Shown: piece by piece, positions 8,438-18,090 of the stretch | Layout: each line of letters opens with the position of its first letter | Numbering within the stretch: position 1 is the stretch's first letter | Assembly: GCA_964515785.1 (NCBI GenBank) | Contig: CAZEWH010000005.1 | Location: 1-55,651 of the forward strand | Length of the DNA stretch: 55,651 bases | Origin: an uncultured Gammaproteobacteria bacterium | GTDB lineage: Bacteria > Patescibacteriota > Patescibacteriia > UBA1558 > GWA2-36-10 | Reading direction: 5' to 3' | Notes under the pieces: generated by a model | What the model was told of the DNA's origin: nothing | Database searches by the model: none | Seen by the model: only the letters and a program-made list of their open reading frames with translations | Made by a program: the position numbers and the translations under genes

Positions 8438-10234
8438 ATGAAATTTAATCAAGTAAAAACCTGGCTAATGATAGCTGGTTTGTTGTTTTTTGCATTTCCT
8501 CAAACTGGCCAAGCTGGTTGGTTTGATAATGATGCTGAAAATGCTATTGCCTATTATGAAGGCTATAATAGGGCTATGGCTCAGTATGCTGTGCCATACA
8601 AAACAACTACTAATACAGTGACTGATACTTCGGTTAGTGAATTAGAAAGTGAGATCAATGATTTGCAGGCTCAAATTAATTCTTTGAATTCTCAAATAGA
8701 TAATCTAGTGATTGATTCAGGGGATGATTCTGGAAATTTTGTTTCTGCTAGTACTTGGGTGACAAATCCTATGAAGCAAGATTTAGATGCAGCTGGTTAT
8801 GATATTTTTGATGTTGGTAGTTTTTATGGAAATGAAGTTAATGTTGGTGATAGTGGCGTTCTTTTTCCTACCAATAATAGTTGGGGTGGTATGGTTTTGA
8901 GTTCAGGTCTTGATGTAGGTGTAATTTTTGATAATGATAATAATGAACCAATTTCAGCTTTTAGGGTATTAACAGATAGTGATGATATGGATACAGCTAC
9001 AGAGTTATTTAGAATTAGCTCTGGTGGTGATGTGGGTGTAGGCGATTTTAGAGTAGATCCGCCAAGAGAAAAGATACATGTATCTACTCCCGATGGTTCG
9101 CCCAGGGTATTATTAGAAGGCTACAGTCCAGCTTCTTTATATTCTAATACTTTAGCTTCTACAAACAATAAAAATTGGGCATGGATGGCTTCAGGAGATA
9201 ATTTTTATGGTGATGTTGTTGGGGATGATTTTAACGGAGGTTACCATTGGTTAGAGGTTGTTAGAGATGAATTTGATGTTGATGCAATAAATTTTCCTAT
9301 GGGTGATATAAATATTTCAGATAGTTTACATGTTGGTACGACTGATGAACCATTTAGTAATGGTTTGATAACGTCTTATACAGAATCTAATACTTATCCA
9401 GCTTTCCGTGGAGTAGCTGTAGGTGATCATACGCAAGCTGGTTGGTTTGCAGCCAATGGCGAAGCTGCTTCAGGTATTTTTGCTTCTGCCGAAGGACTTG
9501 ATGCTTATGCTGGCTATTTTGATGGTAATGTAAAAATTCAATCAGACTCTACTAATGATTCTTTGTATGTAATTTCTGATGGTACTGGTATGGCAGGACG
9601 TTTTGAAAGTTATGACTCTGATGCAGTTTATGGTGTTGCCATGGATGATTATAATAATGCTGGACACTTTAGACATATGGGTGAATATGGTTCTGCTTTA
9701 CATGCTGTAGCCTATGCTTCAAGTAGCCGTGCAGGATTATTTGAAGGTAATGTTAAAATAAGTGGTGATTTAGAAGTTACTACAACTTGGCATGATCCGG
9801 CACTTTCTTTAAGTTCTTATGGTGATGGTAATGCATTAAGTACATACTATGGTGATGTTGATATAAATAATGGTAATTTAATAGTGTCTGGTTGGGAAGC
9901 TAGTCGTGTAGGTATAGGTACTGAAACACCAAATAAACAATTACATATTTATTCTGACAATGAAAATGCAGAAATAAATATCCAATCTGGACAAAACACT
10001 CACTGGGGTATTTATCAAGATGAATGGTCTGGAGATATGTTATTTTGGAACGAACAAAATCGTGTAATCTTTACTGACTATGGTTATGTAGGTATTGGCA
10101 CTACCACTCCAGAGTATATGTTGGATGTTGGCGGTGATGTACGCGCTTTTGAATTTTGTCTTGATTATACATGTATAAATACTTGGGAGGATTTAGCAGA
10201 TATTTTGGGCATTGCACCTAGCGCTGCTAATTAA
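8438..10234 (+). CDS. Secreted repeat protein with tail-fibre-like motifs
   Basis: Signal peptide [26 protein letters not shown]. Coiled-coil segment [23 protein letters not shown]. Recurrent VGIGT(E/T)TP..(Q/M)L(H/D)(I/V) motifs near the C-terminus, as seen in phage tail-fibre-like proteins. Confidence 0.5.
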   Translation: MKFNQVKTWLMIAGLLFFAFPQTGQAGWFDNDAENAIAYYEGYNRAMAQYAVPYKTTTNTVTDTSVSELESEINDLQAQINSLNSQIDNLVIDSGDDSGNFVSASTWVTNPMKQDLDAAGYDIFDVGSFYGNEVNVGDSGVLFPTNNSWGGMVLSSGLDVGVIFDNDNNEPISAFRVLTDSDDMDTATELFRISSGGDVGVGDFRVDPPREKIHVSTPDGSPRVLLEGYSPASLYSNTLASTNNKNWAWMASGDNFYGDVVGDDFNGGYHWLEVVRDEFDVDAINFPMGDINISDSLHVGTTDEPFSNGLITSYTESNTYPAFRGVAVGDHTQAGWFAANGEAASGIFASAEGLDAYAGYFDGNVKIQSDSTNDSLYVISDGTGMAGRFESYDSDAVYGVAMDDYNNAGHFRHMGEYGSALHAVAYASSSRAGLFEGNVKISGDLEVTTTWHDPALSLSSYGDGNALSTYYGDVDINNGNLIVSGWEASRVGIGTETPNKQLHIYSDNENAEINIQSGQNTHWGIYQDEWSGDMLFWNEQNRVIFTDYGYVGIGTTTPEYMLDVGGDVRAFEFCLDYTCINTWEDLADILGIAPSAAN

Positions 10235-10250
10235 AAAATTTATTTAAAAC

Positions 10251-10279
10251 AAAAAATCCCGCTAACTGCGGGATTTTTT
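10251..10279. terminator. Bidirectional intrinsic terminator
   Basis: aaaaaatcccgctaactgcgggatttttt lies between convergent genes. Confidence 0.7.
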
Positions 10280-10282
10280 GTT

Positions 10283-11878
10283 TTATATTTTTTTCGTCAT
10301 ATAAGTATTTTCTAGTTTGTAACCTAGCTTTTTATAATAATTTCGTACGCCAATACCAGAAATTACTGCTATTTTGTTTAAATTATTTTCTTTAGTAATT
10401 TTTTCAGCTTCAGCCATGAGTTTTTTGCCTAGGCCCAGATGCTGGGTCTGAGAAATTTCTTGATCTTGATCAACTGGAGTCATTTTACCGTAGACATGCA
10501 ATTCTCTGACAAGACTAGCGTTATCAAGTTCAGGAAAAATATTTTGTTGAGAACTATTATTAAATCTTAATCTTAGAAAAGCATAGATTTTATTTTTATA
10601 TTCATAGCTCAAAAATATTTCTGTGCCCTCAGAAGCTTGATATTCACGAGTTATTAACTTTGCTTTTGCTATATCACCAGCCTCATCTTTGATTTCACGG
10701 CAACGCATACACTGGCAAGATTTATTTTGTTTTTTGAGCTCTGCTTGCAAGTACTGACGCAAGTTAGTGATTTTATTACCAGCTGTGATGCTCTCTTCAG
10801 GAATATCTCGGATCAATCTATTTATTCTTACATAAGGCGGAGTAATTAATTTTATTTTTAATAACAAATCTAGCAAATCTTGTTCTGAATATGGTTTGTA
10901 TTTTCCTGATTCATGCCATTTATACAATTCGGCATGTTCATTGACTACACAAGGATATATTTTAATCTGATCTGGCTGCAAGTCTGGAGAACTAAAAATA
11001 TATTTGAACATAGCTAGATCTTTGGCAGGGCTAGAGCCAGGTAAATCTGGCATATAATGATGATCTACTTTAAAGCCAGTTTGTTTTAATAATTTTGTAG
11101 CTTTGATGCTCTGTTCTATGCTATCGCCACGTTGAATAAGTTCTAATATTTTGTTATCTGTATGCTGAACGCCTAGTTGGACCCTGGTTGTGCCTAAGCG
11201 ACGCATTTTTTTGATCTCATCTTCTGTCACAAAATCAGGCCTAGTCTCTAGAGTTAGACCAATTATTTTATAACGGGCATCTTGATTAATATTTTGTTCT
11301 TCTTCCAGAGATAATTTATTTCTTTTTTTTGATTCACCAAAAATATTTGCAGCATAAAAGCAATCCCTGATAAATTCATCTTGATACTTATCTGGATAGA
11401 CAGACCAAGTACCACCCAAGACCATGATTTCTAGTTTATCTACTTGATGGCCGTTGTTTTCTAGAGCCTGGATGCGCATAGTTACTTGTCGCACAGGATC
11501 AAAGAGATTCATCTTAGCGCGTGCTGCGGCTGGTTCATTAGACAAATAGCTTTTGGGCATATCTGACTCAGTTGGACAATAGATACATTTACCCGGACAA
11601 GCAAATGGCTTGGTCAAGACAGTGATAACCGATACTCCAGACAGAGTACGGACAGCACGCTTTATTAAAAGCTTTTCAAAACTAGATTTTGGTTTTATTT
11701 TATTATTTGAGACTAATTGACGATAAATAGAAATTAGTGTAGCTTTTGAGGTAGGTGTTAATTTATATTTAGAAAAAACCTGTCTAAGAGCTTTGACAAA
11801 ATCAAGTTCACTAGAATATGATTGCTTGTATAATTCTAGGACAATTTTTTCTAAAATTTCTTGATTATCTAAATTCAT
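10283..11878 (-). CDS. elp3: Elp3-family radical-SAM / GNAT acetyltransferase (tRNA uridine-34 cm5 modification type)
   Basis: Radical-SAM cluster motif ACPGKCIYCP, TRVQLGVQ, and C-terminal GNAT HLGLGKKLMAEAE...VISGIGVRNYYKKLGYKLENTYMTK. The 531-aa length fits a full Elp3. Confidence 0.8.
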   Translation of the reverse strand: MNLDNQEILEKIVLELYKQSYSSELDFVKALRQVFSKYKLTPTSKATLISIYRQLVSNNKIKPKSSFEKLLIKRAVRTLSGVSVITVLTKPFACPGKCIYCPTESDMPKSYLSNEPAAARAKMNLFDPVRQVTMRIQALENNGHQVDKLEIMVLGGTWSVYPDKYQDEFIRDCFYAANIFGESKKRNKLSLEEEQNINQDARYKIIGLTLETRPDFVTEDEIKKMRRLGTTRVQLGVQHTDNKILELIQRGDSIEQSIKATKLLKQTGFKVDHHYMPDLPGSSPAKDLAMFKYIFSSPDLQPDQIKIYPCVVNEHAELYKWHESGKYKPYSEQDLLDLLLKIKLITPPYVRINRLIRDIPEESITAGNKITNLRQYLQAELKKQNKSCQCMRCREIKDEAGDIAKAKLITREYQASEGTEIFLSYEYKNKIYAFLRLRFNNSSQQNIFPELDNASLVRELHVYGKMTPVDQDQEISQTQHLGLGKKLMAEAEKITKENNLNKIAVISGIGVRNYYKKLGYKLENTYMTKKI

Positions 11879-12554
11879 GAATAAAGTTAAAAAAGATTTA
11901 CAACAGATTTATGATACCATATCCCAGGAGTTTTCGGCATCCCGAGTTTTTCCTTGGGAAGAGTTACAAATCTTTATACCACATATCAAAGACGGTGACA
12001 AGATACTGGATCTTGGTTGTGGTAATGGTCGCATGATCAAAGTTTTGGATGAAACAAAAAAAGATTATCACTATACGGGTGTTGATTTTTCAGTTGGCCT
12101 GATAGCCAAAGCTCGAGAACAGTTCCCTGATCATAAATTTATAATAAATGACATTTCTCAAGTAGATTTTGAAGCTGCCAGTTTTGATGTAGTTTTTGTG
12201 GTAGCTACTTTTCATCATCTTATTTCTAAAAAAGAAAGACTAAAATTATTAAACAAAATAAATAAATGGCTAAAGCCAGGTGGTTATTTGATTATGACTA
12301 ATTGGAACCTCTGGCAAAAAAAATATTTTAAAAATTATTTTCAGAAATTCTGGCTCAAGCGATCATACAAAGATTTTTTTGTTTCTTGGCAAATGTACTC
12401 TGGAAAAAGCAAAAAATTCTGGCGCTACTATCATAGTTTTTCTGTCAAAGAATTAGAAAAGTTATTAATCAAATCCAGGTTTAAACTCAAGCCTAAAGGC
12501 GTTTATAAAACTAAGTGGAATATAAATTGTTTTGTACAAAAAAAGGAAAAATAA
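11877..12554 (+). CDS. Trm9/ALKBH8-type class I SAM-dependent methyltransferase
   Basis: Block-by-block match to yeast Trm9: SASRVFPW, LDLGCGNG, FDVVFVVATFHHL..KERL, KPGGYLIMTNWNLWQ, DFFVSW, WRYYHSF, NINCFVQK. Confidence 0.7.
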   Translation: MNKVKKDLQQIYDTISQEFSASRVFPWEELQIFIPHIKDGDKILDLGCGNGRMIKVLDETKKDYHYTGVDFSVGLIAKAREQFPDHKFIINDISQVDFEAASFDVVFVVATFHHLISKKERLKLLNKINKWLKPGGYLIMTNWNLWQKKYFKNYFQKFWLKRSYKDFFVSWQMYSGKSKKFWRYYHSFSVKELEKLLIKSRFKLKPKGVYKTKWNINCFVQKKEK

Positions 12555-12631
12555 TTTTTTCCTTTTTTTGTTAGATTCTGGTATAATAAACTTGCCTACC
12601 TGCCGGTAGGTAGGAAATTAAAACAAAAATT

Positions 12632-13558
12632 ATGGATTTATTAACTCATCCTCTTTTAATTAATGTTTTATTTTTGTTAGCGGTAGCTTGGTATTTATTG
12701 AAAAAGACTGATGGCAAAAAAACAATCAAAACAAAATCATTTCGTCCAGTTATTGGAAGGTTTACTATTGATTTGACTCAACTGGCCCAGCAAAATAAAT
12801 TGGATCCAGTGGTGGGTCGAGATCAAGAAATCAAAAGAGTCATTCAGGTTTTATCACGTCGAAAGAAAAATAATGTTATTTTGCACGGCAAGGCTGGTAT
12901 TGGTAAAACAGCTATTGCCGAAGGCCTGGCTATGGCCATTGTAGAAGGCCGAGTGCCACCATCTTTACTTGATAAAAAAGTTTTGAAACTAGACATTTCA
13001 TCAGTACTGGCTGGCACAAAATATAGAGGAGATTTTGAACAACGTTTCAAAGCATTAATAGATAGTATTATTGATTTGAATAAACAGATTATTGTTTTTA
13101 TTGATGAAATACATACTATTGTTCAGGCTGGTGGAGCTGAGGGTGCTATTGATGCTGACGATATTATCAAAGCACCACTGGCTAGAGGTGAGTTACAAAT
13201 GGTAGGTACAACCACAAATAAAGAATATCAACAATATATTGCTCCTGACCCGACCCTAAATAGAAGATTTGAAGCTTTATTGATACAGGAACCGACTAAA
13301 GCAAAAACTATCAATATGCTCAAAGCGCTGAAGATCGGTTATGAAGAATATCATAATGTCATTATTAGTGATGATATAGTAAAACAAATAATTAATTATT
13401 CAGCTAAAATAAAAGATAGAGTTTTTCCAGATAAAGCTATCGATCTTATGGATGAAGTATCTGCCAAAGTTAGATTGGATAACATAAATAATAAAAAAAA
13501 TATAAAAATTAAAGTCAAAGATGTTAAAGAAGTTTTTGATTTTTTTGTAAAACAATAA
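12632..13558 (+). CDS. Membrane-anchored AAA+ ATPase equivalent to ClpA/ClpB nucleotide-binding domain 1 only
   Basis: N-terminal TM helix LLINVLFLLAVAWYLL, then LDPVVGRDQEIKRVIQVLSRRKKNNVILHGKAGIGKTAIAEGLA (Walker A), IVFIDEIH (Walker B), GTTT, NRRFE, PDKAIDLMDE. The ORF ends where the Clp middle domain and D2 would begin. Confidence 0.7.
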   Translation: MDLLTHPLLINVLFLLAVAWYLLKKTDGKKTIKTKSFRPVIGRFTIDLTQLAQQNKLDPVVGRDQEIKRVIQVLSRRKKNNVILHGKAGIGKTAIAEGLAMAIVEGRVPPSLLDKKVLKLDISSVLAGTKYRGDFEQRFKALIDSIIDLNKQIIVFIDEIHTIVQAGGAEGAIDADDIIKAPLARGELQMVGTTTNKEYQQYIAPDPTLNRRFEALLIQEPTKAKTINMLKALKIGYEEYHNVIISDDIVKQIINYSAKIKDRVFPDKAIDLMDEVSAKVRLDNINNKKNIKIKVKDVKEVFDFFVKQ

Positions 13559-13562
13559 ATTA

Positions 13563-14996
13563 ATGAATATTATGTCTACTAATCACCGCAAAGCGGGATC
13601 CCGTACGCGGGAAAAAACTGTTAGAAAAAAAGCGCCTGTCAAAGCTAAAATTAAATCAAGTGTGTCTGTACAGACTAAAGCTTTGTTATCTATTATGATT
13701 TTGAGTTCTATTTTAGCAGCTACTTCTTTTGCTTTATCAATTGCCAGTGCTGTCAGTAGCGGAAACAGTGGTTTAGTTTTTCAACATCAAAATTTTGATA
13801 AAAAGAATGATTCCTTTAAAGAAGAGGTAAAAAAAACAGATGTTTCTTTTAGCAGGGGTAGGTTTGAAGAATATACATACAATAGATCAGTTTCAAGTAC
13901 AGATTTAGTACTTAATGCTAGTTATGGATATATTACACCATATATTGATGGTCGTTTGGAAAATTGGGAATTAGCTGATGCTGGTTACCGTAATATACAA
14001 AGTATTAATAATACTGAATTTGATGTTTATTCTAAAACTACTTTTTCAGATAATGGTCGCCAATTGTATATTGGTATGAAGATTACCAATGATAATATTG
14101 AGGAGTGTATAGGTCATCCATCGTGGTGTGAAAGTTATTGGGTGAAGTTGTATTTTGATGAAGGTAATGATGGATCTTTTGGTAGTGGATCTGGTGATTT
14201 AATTTTAAACAACAATCAAGAAGATTTAAAAGAAATAAATGACTCTATAGGTTCAGTTTTTGGCTGTAGGTATTTTTTTGGTTTTTCAGAAGGTTGTCCT
14301 GACGTTTCGTGTGAACCGGAAATACAAAATAATTGTTGGGAGTGTGAAGAAAACAACATTATTACTCCAGATATTTGGACAGGTGATACTTGTTTATATT
14401 TATCAACTACCACACCAACCTCAACTCCAGCTATTGGTGGAAAAATGACTAGTATATTAGATGGTCTTTGGGATAATAGAAACTATGGTGTAGGTTGGTA
14501 TGCAGAGAGTCATGGCAATACAGGTGCTGATGATAGGATTAATTTTTCCTCTTACAAAAGACAACATGATGGTTATTTAGAAGTAGAGTTTATGATTCCA
14601 CTTGTTGGTTTAGACACTTATTCGCCCGGTCTTTTTGATGATGAAAGTGATATTAATGTAGCTTATAATGATATTTTAGGCATAGGTATTGAATTGTTAG
14701 GTTTAGGTGCTGAAACAGATCATGAGTGTTTCTCTGATACAGATTGCGATCAAGATAATGGTTATTTTTGTAGTTGGCCATTGGGTGACTTTTGTATGGA
14801 AAATGAACATTGTCAAATGTGGAATCCTAATACACATTGTGTAGATAATCTTTGTAGTGGTGTTTGTTGGGGTGGTGATACGCATATACCCACAAGCTTT
14901 GATAGATTTAATGCTACAACTTATGCAAAATTAAAAATTTTATCAAAACCATCAGAACAGTTACCAAATGTCAAGAGTATATTTGATGATTTATAA
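13563..14996 (+). CDS. Membrane-anchored extracellular Cys-rich protein (possible CBM9/DOMON-like beta-sandwich)
   Basis: Basic N-terminus plus TM (ALLSIMILSSILAATSFALSIA). An IDGRLENWELA motif is typical of CBM9-like folds. Cys-rich C-terminal block (CFSDTDCDQDNGYFCSW..CMENEHCQMWNPNTHCVDNLCSGVCW). It starts 4 nt after the preceding gene. Confidence 0.4.
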   Translation: MNIMSTNHRKAGSRTREKTVRKKAPVKAKIKSSVSVQTKALLSIMILSSILAATSFALSIASAVSSGNSGLVFQHQNFDKKNDSFKEEVKKTDVSFSRGRFEEYTYNRSVSSTDLVLNASYGYITPYIDGRLENWELADAGYRNIQSINNTEFDVYSKTTFSDNGRQLYIGMKITNDNIEECIGHPSWCESYWVKLYFDEGNDGSFGSGSGDLILNNNQEDLKEINDSIGSVFGCRYFFGFSEGCPDVSCEPEIQNNCWECEENNIITPDIWTGDTCLYLSTTTPTSTPAIGGKMTSILDGLWDNRNYGVGWYAESHGNTGADDRINFSSYKRQHDGYLEVEFMIPLVGLDTYSPGLFDDESDINVAYNDILGIGIELLGLGAETDHECFSDTDCDQDNGYFCSWPLGDFCMENEHCQMWNPNTHCVDNLCSGVCWGGDTHIPTSFDRFNATTYAKLKILSKPSEQLPNVKSIFDDL

Positions 14997-15014
14997 AAAA
15001 TTTAAACAAAAATA

Positions 15015-15043
15015 AAAAAGGAAAGCTAAAGGCTTTCCTTTTT
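15015..15043. terminator. Bidirectional intrinsic terminator
   Basis: aaaaaaggaaagc-taaa-ggctttccttttt lies between convergent genes. Confidence 0.7.
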
Positions 15044-15046
15044 GAA

Positions 15047-15397
15047 TTAGTCTTTGACCAGGTGATGGTCTTCCGGCGTCCAGGCCGGCACAGAGGTGAC
15101 CAATACCCGAGCTGATTTGTCATCTAGAGAATTGGCCCAATGGGCAATATCAGTAGGGATTGCCAGGCTTTGGCCAGGGACATCTAATACGTGACGTTCT
15201 GTCCCGATCCAGATTTCAAGAACACCAGAGACTAGTGTGTATGTTTCTTTGGTTGTGGCATGCCAATGTGCAGCAGAGCTTTTGATATCAGCAATTGCTG
15301 TACCAAGACCTATACCATCTTCAGCAGTGATGATTTCATAGACCACTTCTTGGCCGTCATTGACTTCAACTCGATTTTTGTACCATTGTTCTGACAT
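15047..15397 (-). CDS. Cupin-domain protein (GC-richer gene)
   Basis: HWHATTKETYTLVSG...IPTDIAHW are cupin motifs 1 and 2. SD-like aagggag lies upstream of the ATG. Confidence 0.7.
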   Translation of the reverse strand: MSEQWYKNRVEVNDGQEVVYEIITAEDGIGLGTAIADIKSSAAHWHATTKETYTLVSGVLEIWIGTERHVLDVPGQSLAIPTDIAHWANSLDDKSARVLVTSVPAWTPEDHHLVKD

Positions 15398-15523
15398 GTT
15401 TGACTCCCTTGAATTAACTAAGATCTATTATAATATAACTCAATTATTATAGGCTGGCAATAGCTGTATTTTTATTATCTTTTATGCTAAACTAGAGGCA
15501 ATTAAGACTTAGCTTTAAAGATT

Positions 15524-16699
15524 ATGAGTAAAAAATTAAAGATTTTATTGATTGCTTTGGTACTACTTTTACCTCTACCAATCTTGGCCCTAGAGATCCA
15601 TAATAATGACAATGTTACTTTAGGTACTGACAAAGTCATAGATGGTAATTATTATGCAGCAGGTCAAAATATAGAGATCTATGGCACAGTCAATGGGGAT
15701 TTATTTTTGGCTGGTAATATGATTACTATTGATTCTGAGAATATTAATGGCAATATTTTTATATTTTCTTCTTGGACCAATCCATTCGACATTATGTCCA
15801 GCCCTAGTGTAATTATTACTGGAAAAATTAATGGTTCAGTAACAGTAATTGGTGAAAATATAAACATTACTGGTGATATTAATGGTAATGTAATGTTTGC
15901 TGGTGAACTAGCCACTATAGATAATGATACTACTATTGCTGGGCATATGACTGCTTGGGGAGAGCGAGTCAATGTGCAAGGTAAAGTAGGTGGAAACCTA
16001 GAAGGTGGTCTAAAATCTTTACTTATTAATGGACAAGTAGGTAAAAATGTCGATATTCATATAGGTGCTAGTAAAGACAAAGATGGTTTACAAATTGGTG
16101 AAAAGGCTATTATCAACGGTGAGCTAAAATATAAAGCTTGGCAAGAAGCTGATGTTTCAGATCAGGCTACTATTGCTGGAGGCATTTCTTTTGATCAATT
16201 ATTTAAAACTACAAAATCAAAAGCTTGGGGTTTTGCTATGTTGAAAGTTTTACTTATTCAATTTTTTGGCATGCTAGTAGTTGGTATGGTTTTGTTTTAT
16301 CTGTGGCCAAAATTTTTGTCACGTGCCTGTGATAAAACTCATCAAAATATGCTAATGACTTTTTTCAAAGGATTAGGACTATTGATTTTGACTCCACTGG
16401 CAGCTTTTATTTTGATGATAACTATTATTGGTTTACCACTTGGTTTGATCATTTTAGGATTATGGGTGATTATGCTCTATCTAGCCAAAGTGATTGGTGC
16501 TTGGTTATTGATTAGATTTTTACAGATGAAATTTTTTGCTAAGAAAAAGATTTCTGATACTAGTTTATTAGCACTTGGTATTTTACTTTTTATTATTATA
16601 AGTAAAATTCCATTTATTGGTTGGATTATAATATTTGTTTTGTTTATAACTGCCTGGGGTACAATATTTGATTATATTTTAAAAACTAAAAAACAATAA
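15524..16699 (+). CDS. Membrane protein with bactofilin-like beta-helical repeats and a polytopic C-terminal domain
   Basis: Signal/anchor KILLIALVLLLPLPILA. Repeated G(D/N)(L/I/V)..AG..I.I......G(N/S) segments. Four or more C-terminal TM helices. Confidence 0.45.
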   Translation: MSKKLKILLIALVLLLPLPILALEIHNNDNVTLGTDKVIDGNYYAAGQNIEIYGTVNGDLFLAGNMITIDSENINGNIFIFSSWTNPFDIMSSPSVIITGKINGSVTVIGENINITGDINGNVMFAGELATIDNDTTIAGHMTAWGERVNVQGKVGGNLEGGLKSLLINGQVGKNVDIHIGASKDKDGLQIGEKAIINGELKYKAWQEADVSDQATIAGGISFDQLFKTTKSKAWGFAMLKVLLIQFFGMLVVGMVLFYLWPKFLSRACDKTHQNMLMTFFKGLGLLILTPLAAFILMITIIGLPLGLIILGLWVIMLYLAKVIGAWLLIRFLQMKFFAKKKISDTSLLALGILLFIIISKIPFIGWIIIFVLFITAWGTIFDYILKTKKQ

Positions 16700-16701
16700 A
16701 T

Positions 16702-18072
16702 ATGGATAATAGTATTTTCAAGAATTATGATATAAGAGGTGTTTATCCTACTCAGCTAGATGTAGAAGCAGCTGCTAAAATAGCTCAGACTTTTTTGATA
16801 ATTCTTAAAGAAGAGACTGGTAAAGAAATCAAAGATTTGCATATTATTGTCGGTCGTGACATTAGAGAGTCCTCATTACCATTGATGCGAGCAGTCATGG
16901 ATGTTTTTACAAAATATGGGGTACAGATAGATGATATGGGTTTGGTATCTATCAATGATCTTTATTTTGCCAATGGATATTACAAATATGATGGTGGCAT
17001 TGTAGCTACTGCTTCTCACAACCCGCCACAGTATGGTGGTTTCAAATTGACTACTTTGACTCCTGATAAAAAAGCTATCAAGTTTATCAGTGGTAAAATG
17101 CTTTTAGAAAAAATGGATAAGCTGAAATTTCCTATTGATGAACCAGAAATGCAAGGTAGTACTCAAAATAAAGATGTTAGTCTAGATCATCTAAATCATA
17201 TCTTATCTTTTATCAATGCAGATCGCCTCAAAAAATTTAAAGTAGTAGTTGATACTGGCAATGGCATGATGGGATTATTGATGTCAAAGCTTTTTGAGAG
17301 AATGCCATGCAATTTGATTCCTTTGTTTGCAACTTTAGATAATACTTTTCCTGGTCGTGCACCAAATCCTTTAGACAAAGGTGCTCATGACAAATTATCT
17401 TCTGAAGTATTGCGACAACGAGCTGATTTTGGTTTTATCTATGACGTGGATGGTGATCGTATGTTTATGGTTGATGAAAAGGGTCAATTTATCAGAGGGG
17501 ATATGGTTTTGTTATTACTTGCCAAGGCTATGATCAAAGAAAATCCAGGAGCTGGTATTGCTTATAATTTGATTTGCTCTCATGCTGTACCAGAGTTGAT
17601 TAGCAAATGGGGCGGTCGGCCGATTCGTTCTGAGGTTGGTTATCGTTTTTTAGCTAAACATATGTTAGAACAAGACGGTATTATGTCTGGTGAAGTTTCA
17701 GCTCATTTTGCTTTTTCTAAAAATTATTATGCAGATTCTGGTTTTATTGCTTTAGCATTAGCACTCAAAGTCTTATCTGAAGACAATCGACCTTTGTCAG
17801 AAATTATCAAAGAATTTGAACTTTATTATCGAGCCGATGAGATCAATCTAACAGTCAAAGATATAGACAAAGAACTAGATAAAATTAGAGATAAATACAA
17901 AGACAATATTCGAGATGAAATAGACGGTATTACTGTTGAGTTTGATGATTGGTGGTTCAATGTTCGTCCATCCAATACTGAACCTTTATTACGTATTACT
18001 GTCGAAGCGGCTGATAAAGAATCTGCTAATCAACATCAGCAAGAATTAGTAAGTTTAATAGATAGTATATAA
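16702..18072 (+). CDS. Phosphomannomutase/phosphoglucomutase
   Basis: Active-site TASHNPPQYGGFK, metal loop YDVDGDR, SGEVSAHF sugar-binding loop, NTEPLLRI. Confidence 0.9.
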   Translation: MDNSIFKNYDIRGVYPTQLDVEAAAKIAQTFLIILKEETGKEIKDLHIIVGRDIRESSLPLMRAVMDVFTKYGVQIDDMGLVSINDLYFANGYYKYDGGIVATASHNPPQYGGFKLTTLTPDKKAIKFISGKMLLEKMDKLKFPIDEPEMQGSTQNKDVSLDHLNHILSFINADRLKKFKVVVDTGNGMMGLLMSKLFERMPCNLIPLFATLDNTFPGRAPNPLDKGAHDKLSSEVLRQRADFGFIYDVDGDRMFMVDEKGQFIRGDMVLLLLAKAMIKENPGAGIAYNLICSHAVPELISKWGGRPIRSEVGYRFLAKHMLEQDGIMSGEVSAHFAFSKNYYADSGFIALALALKVLSEDNRPLSEIIKEFELYYRADEINLTVKDIDKELDKIRDKYKDNIRDEIDGITVEFDDWWFNVRPSNTEPLLRITVEAADKESANQHQQELVSLIDSI

Positions 18073-18090
18073 ATTATTAATCAAAAATAT

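Noticed and set aside
7035-8452. N-terminal extensions of folD (to 7070) and glyA (to 8452) given in the ORF track.
   Set aside because: Homology starts at internal ATGs (MEKMIDGK, MDKEIKK). The folD extension translates a GC-rich repeat element, and the glyA extension overlaps the neighbouring gene start.
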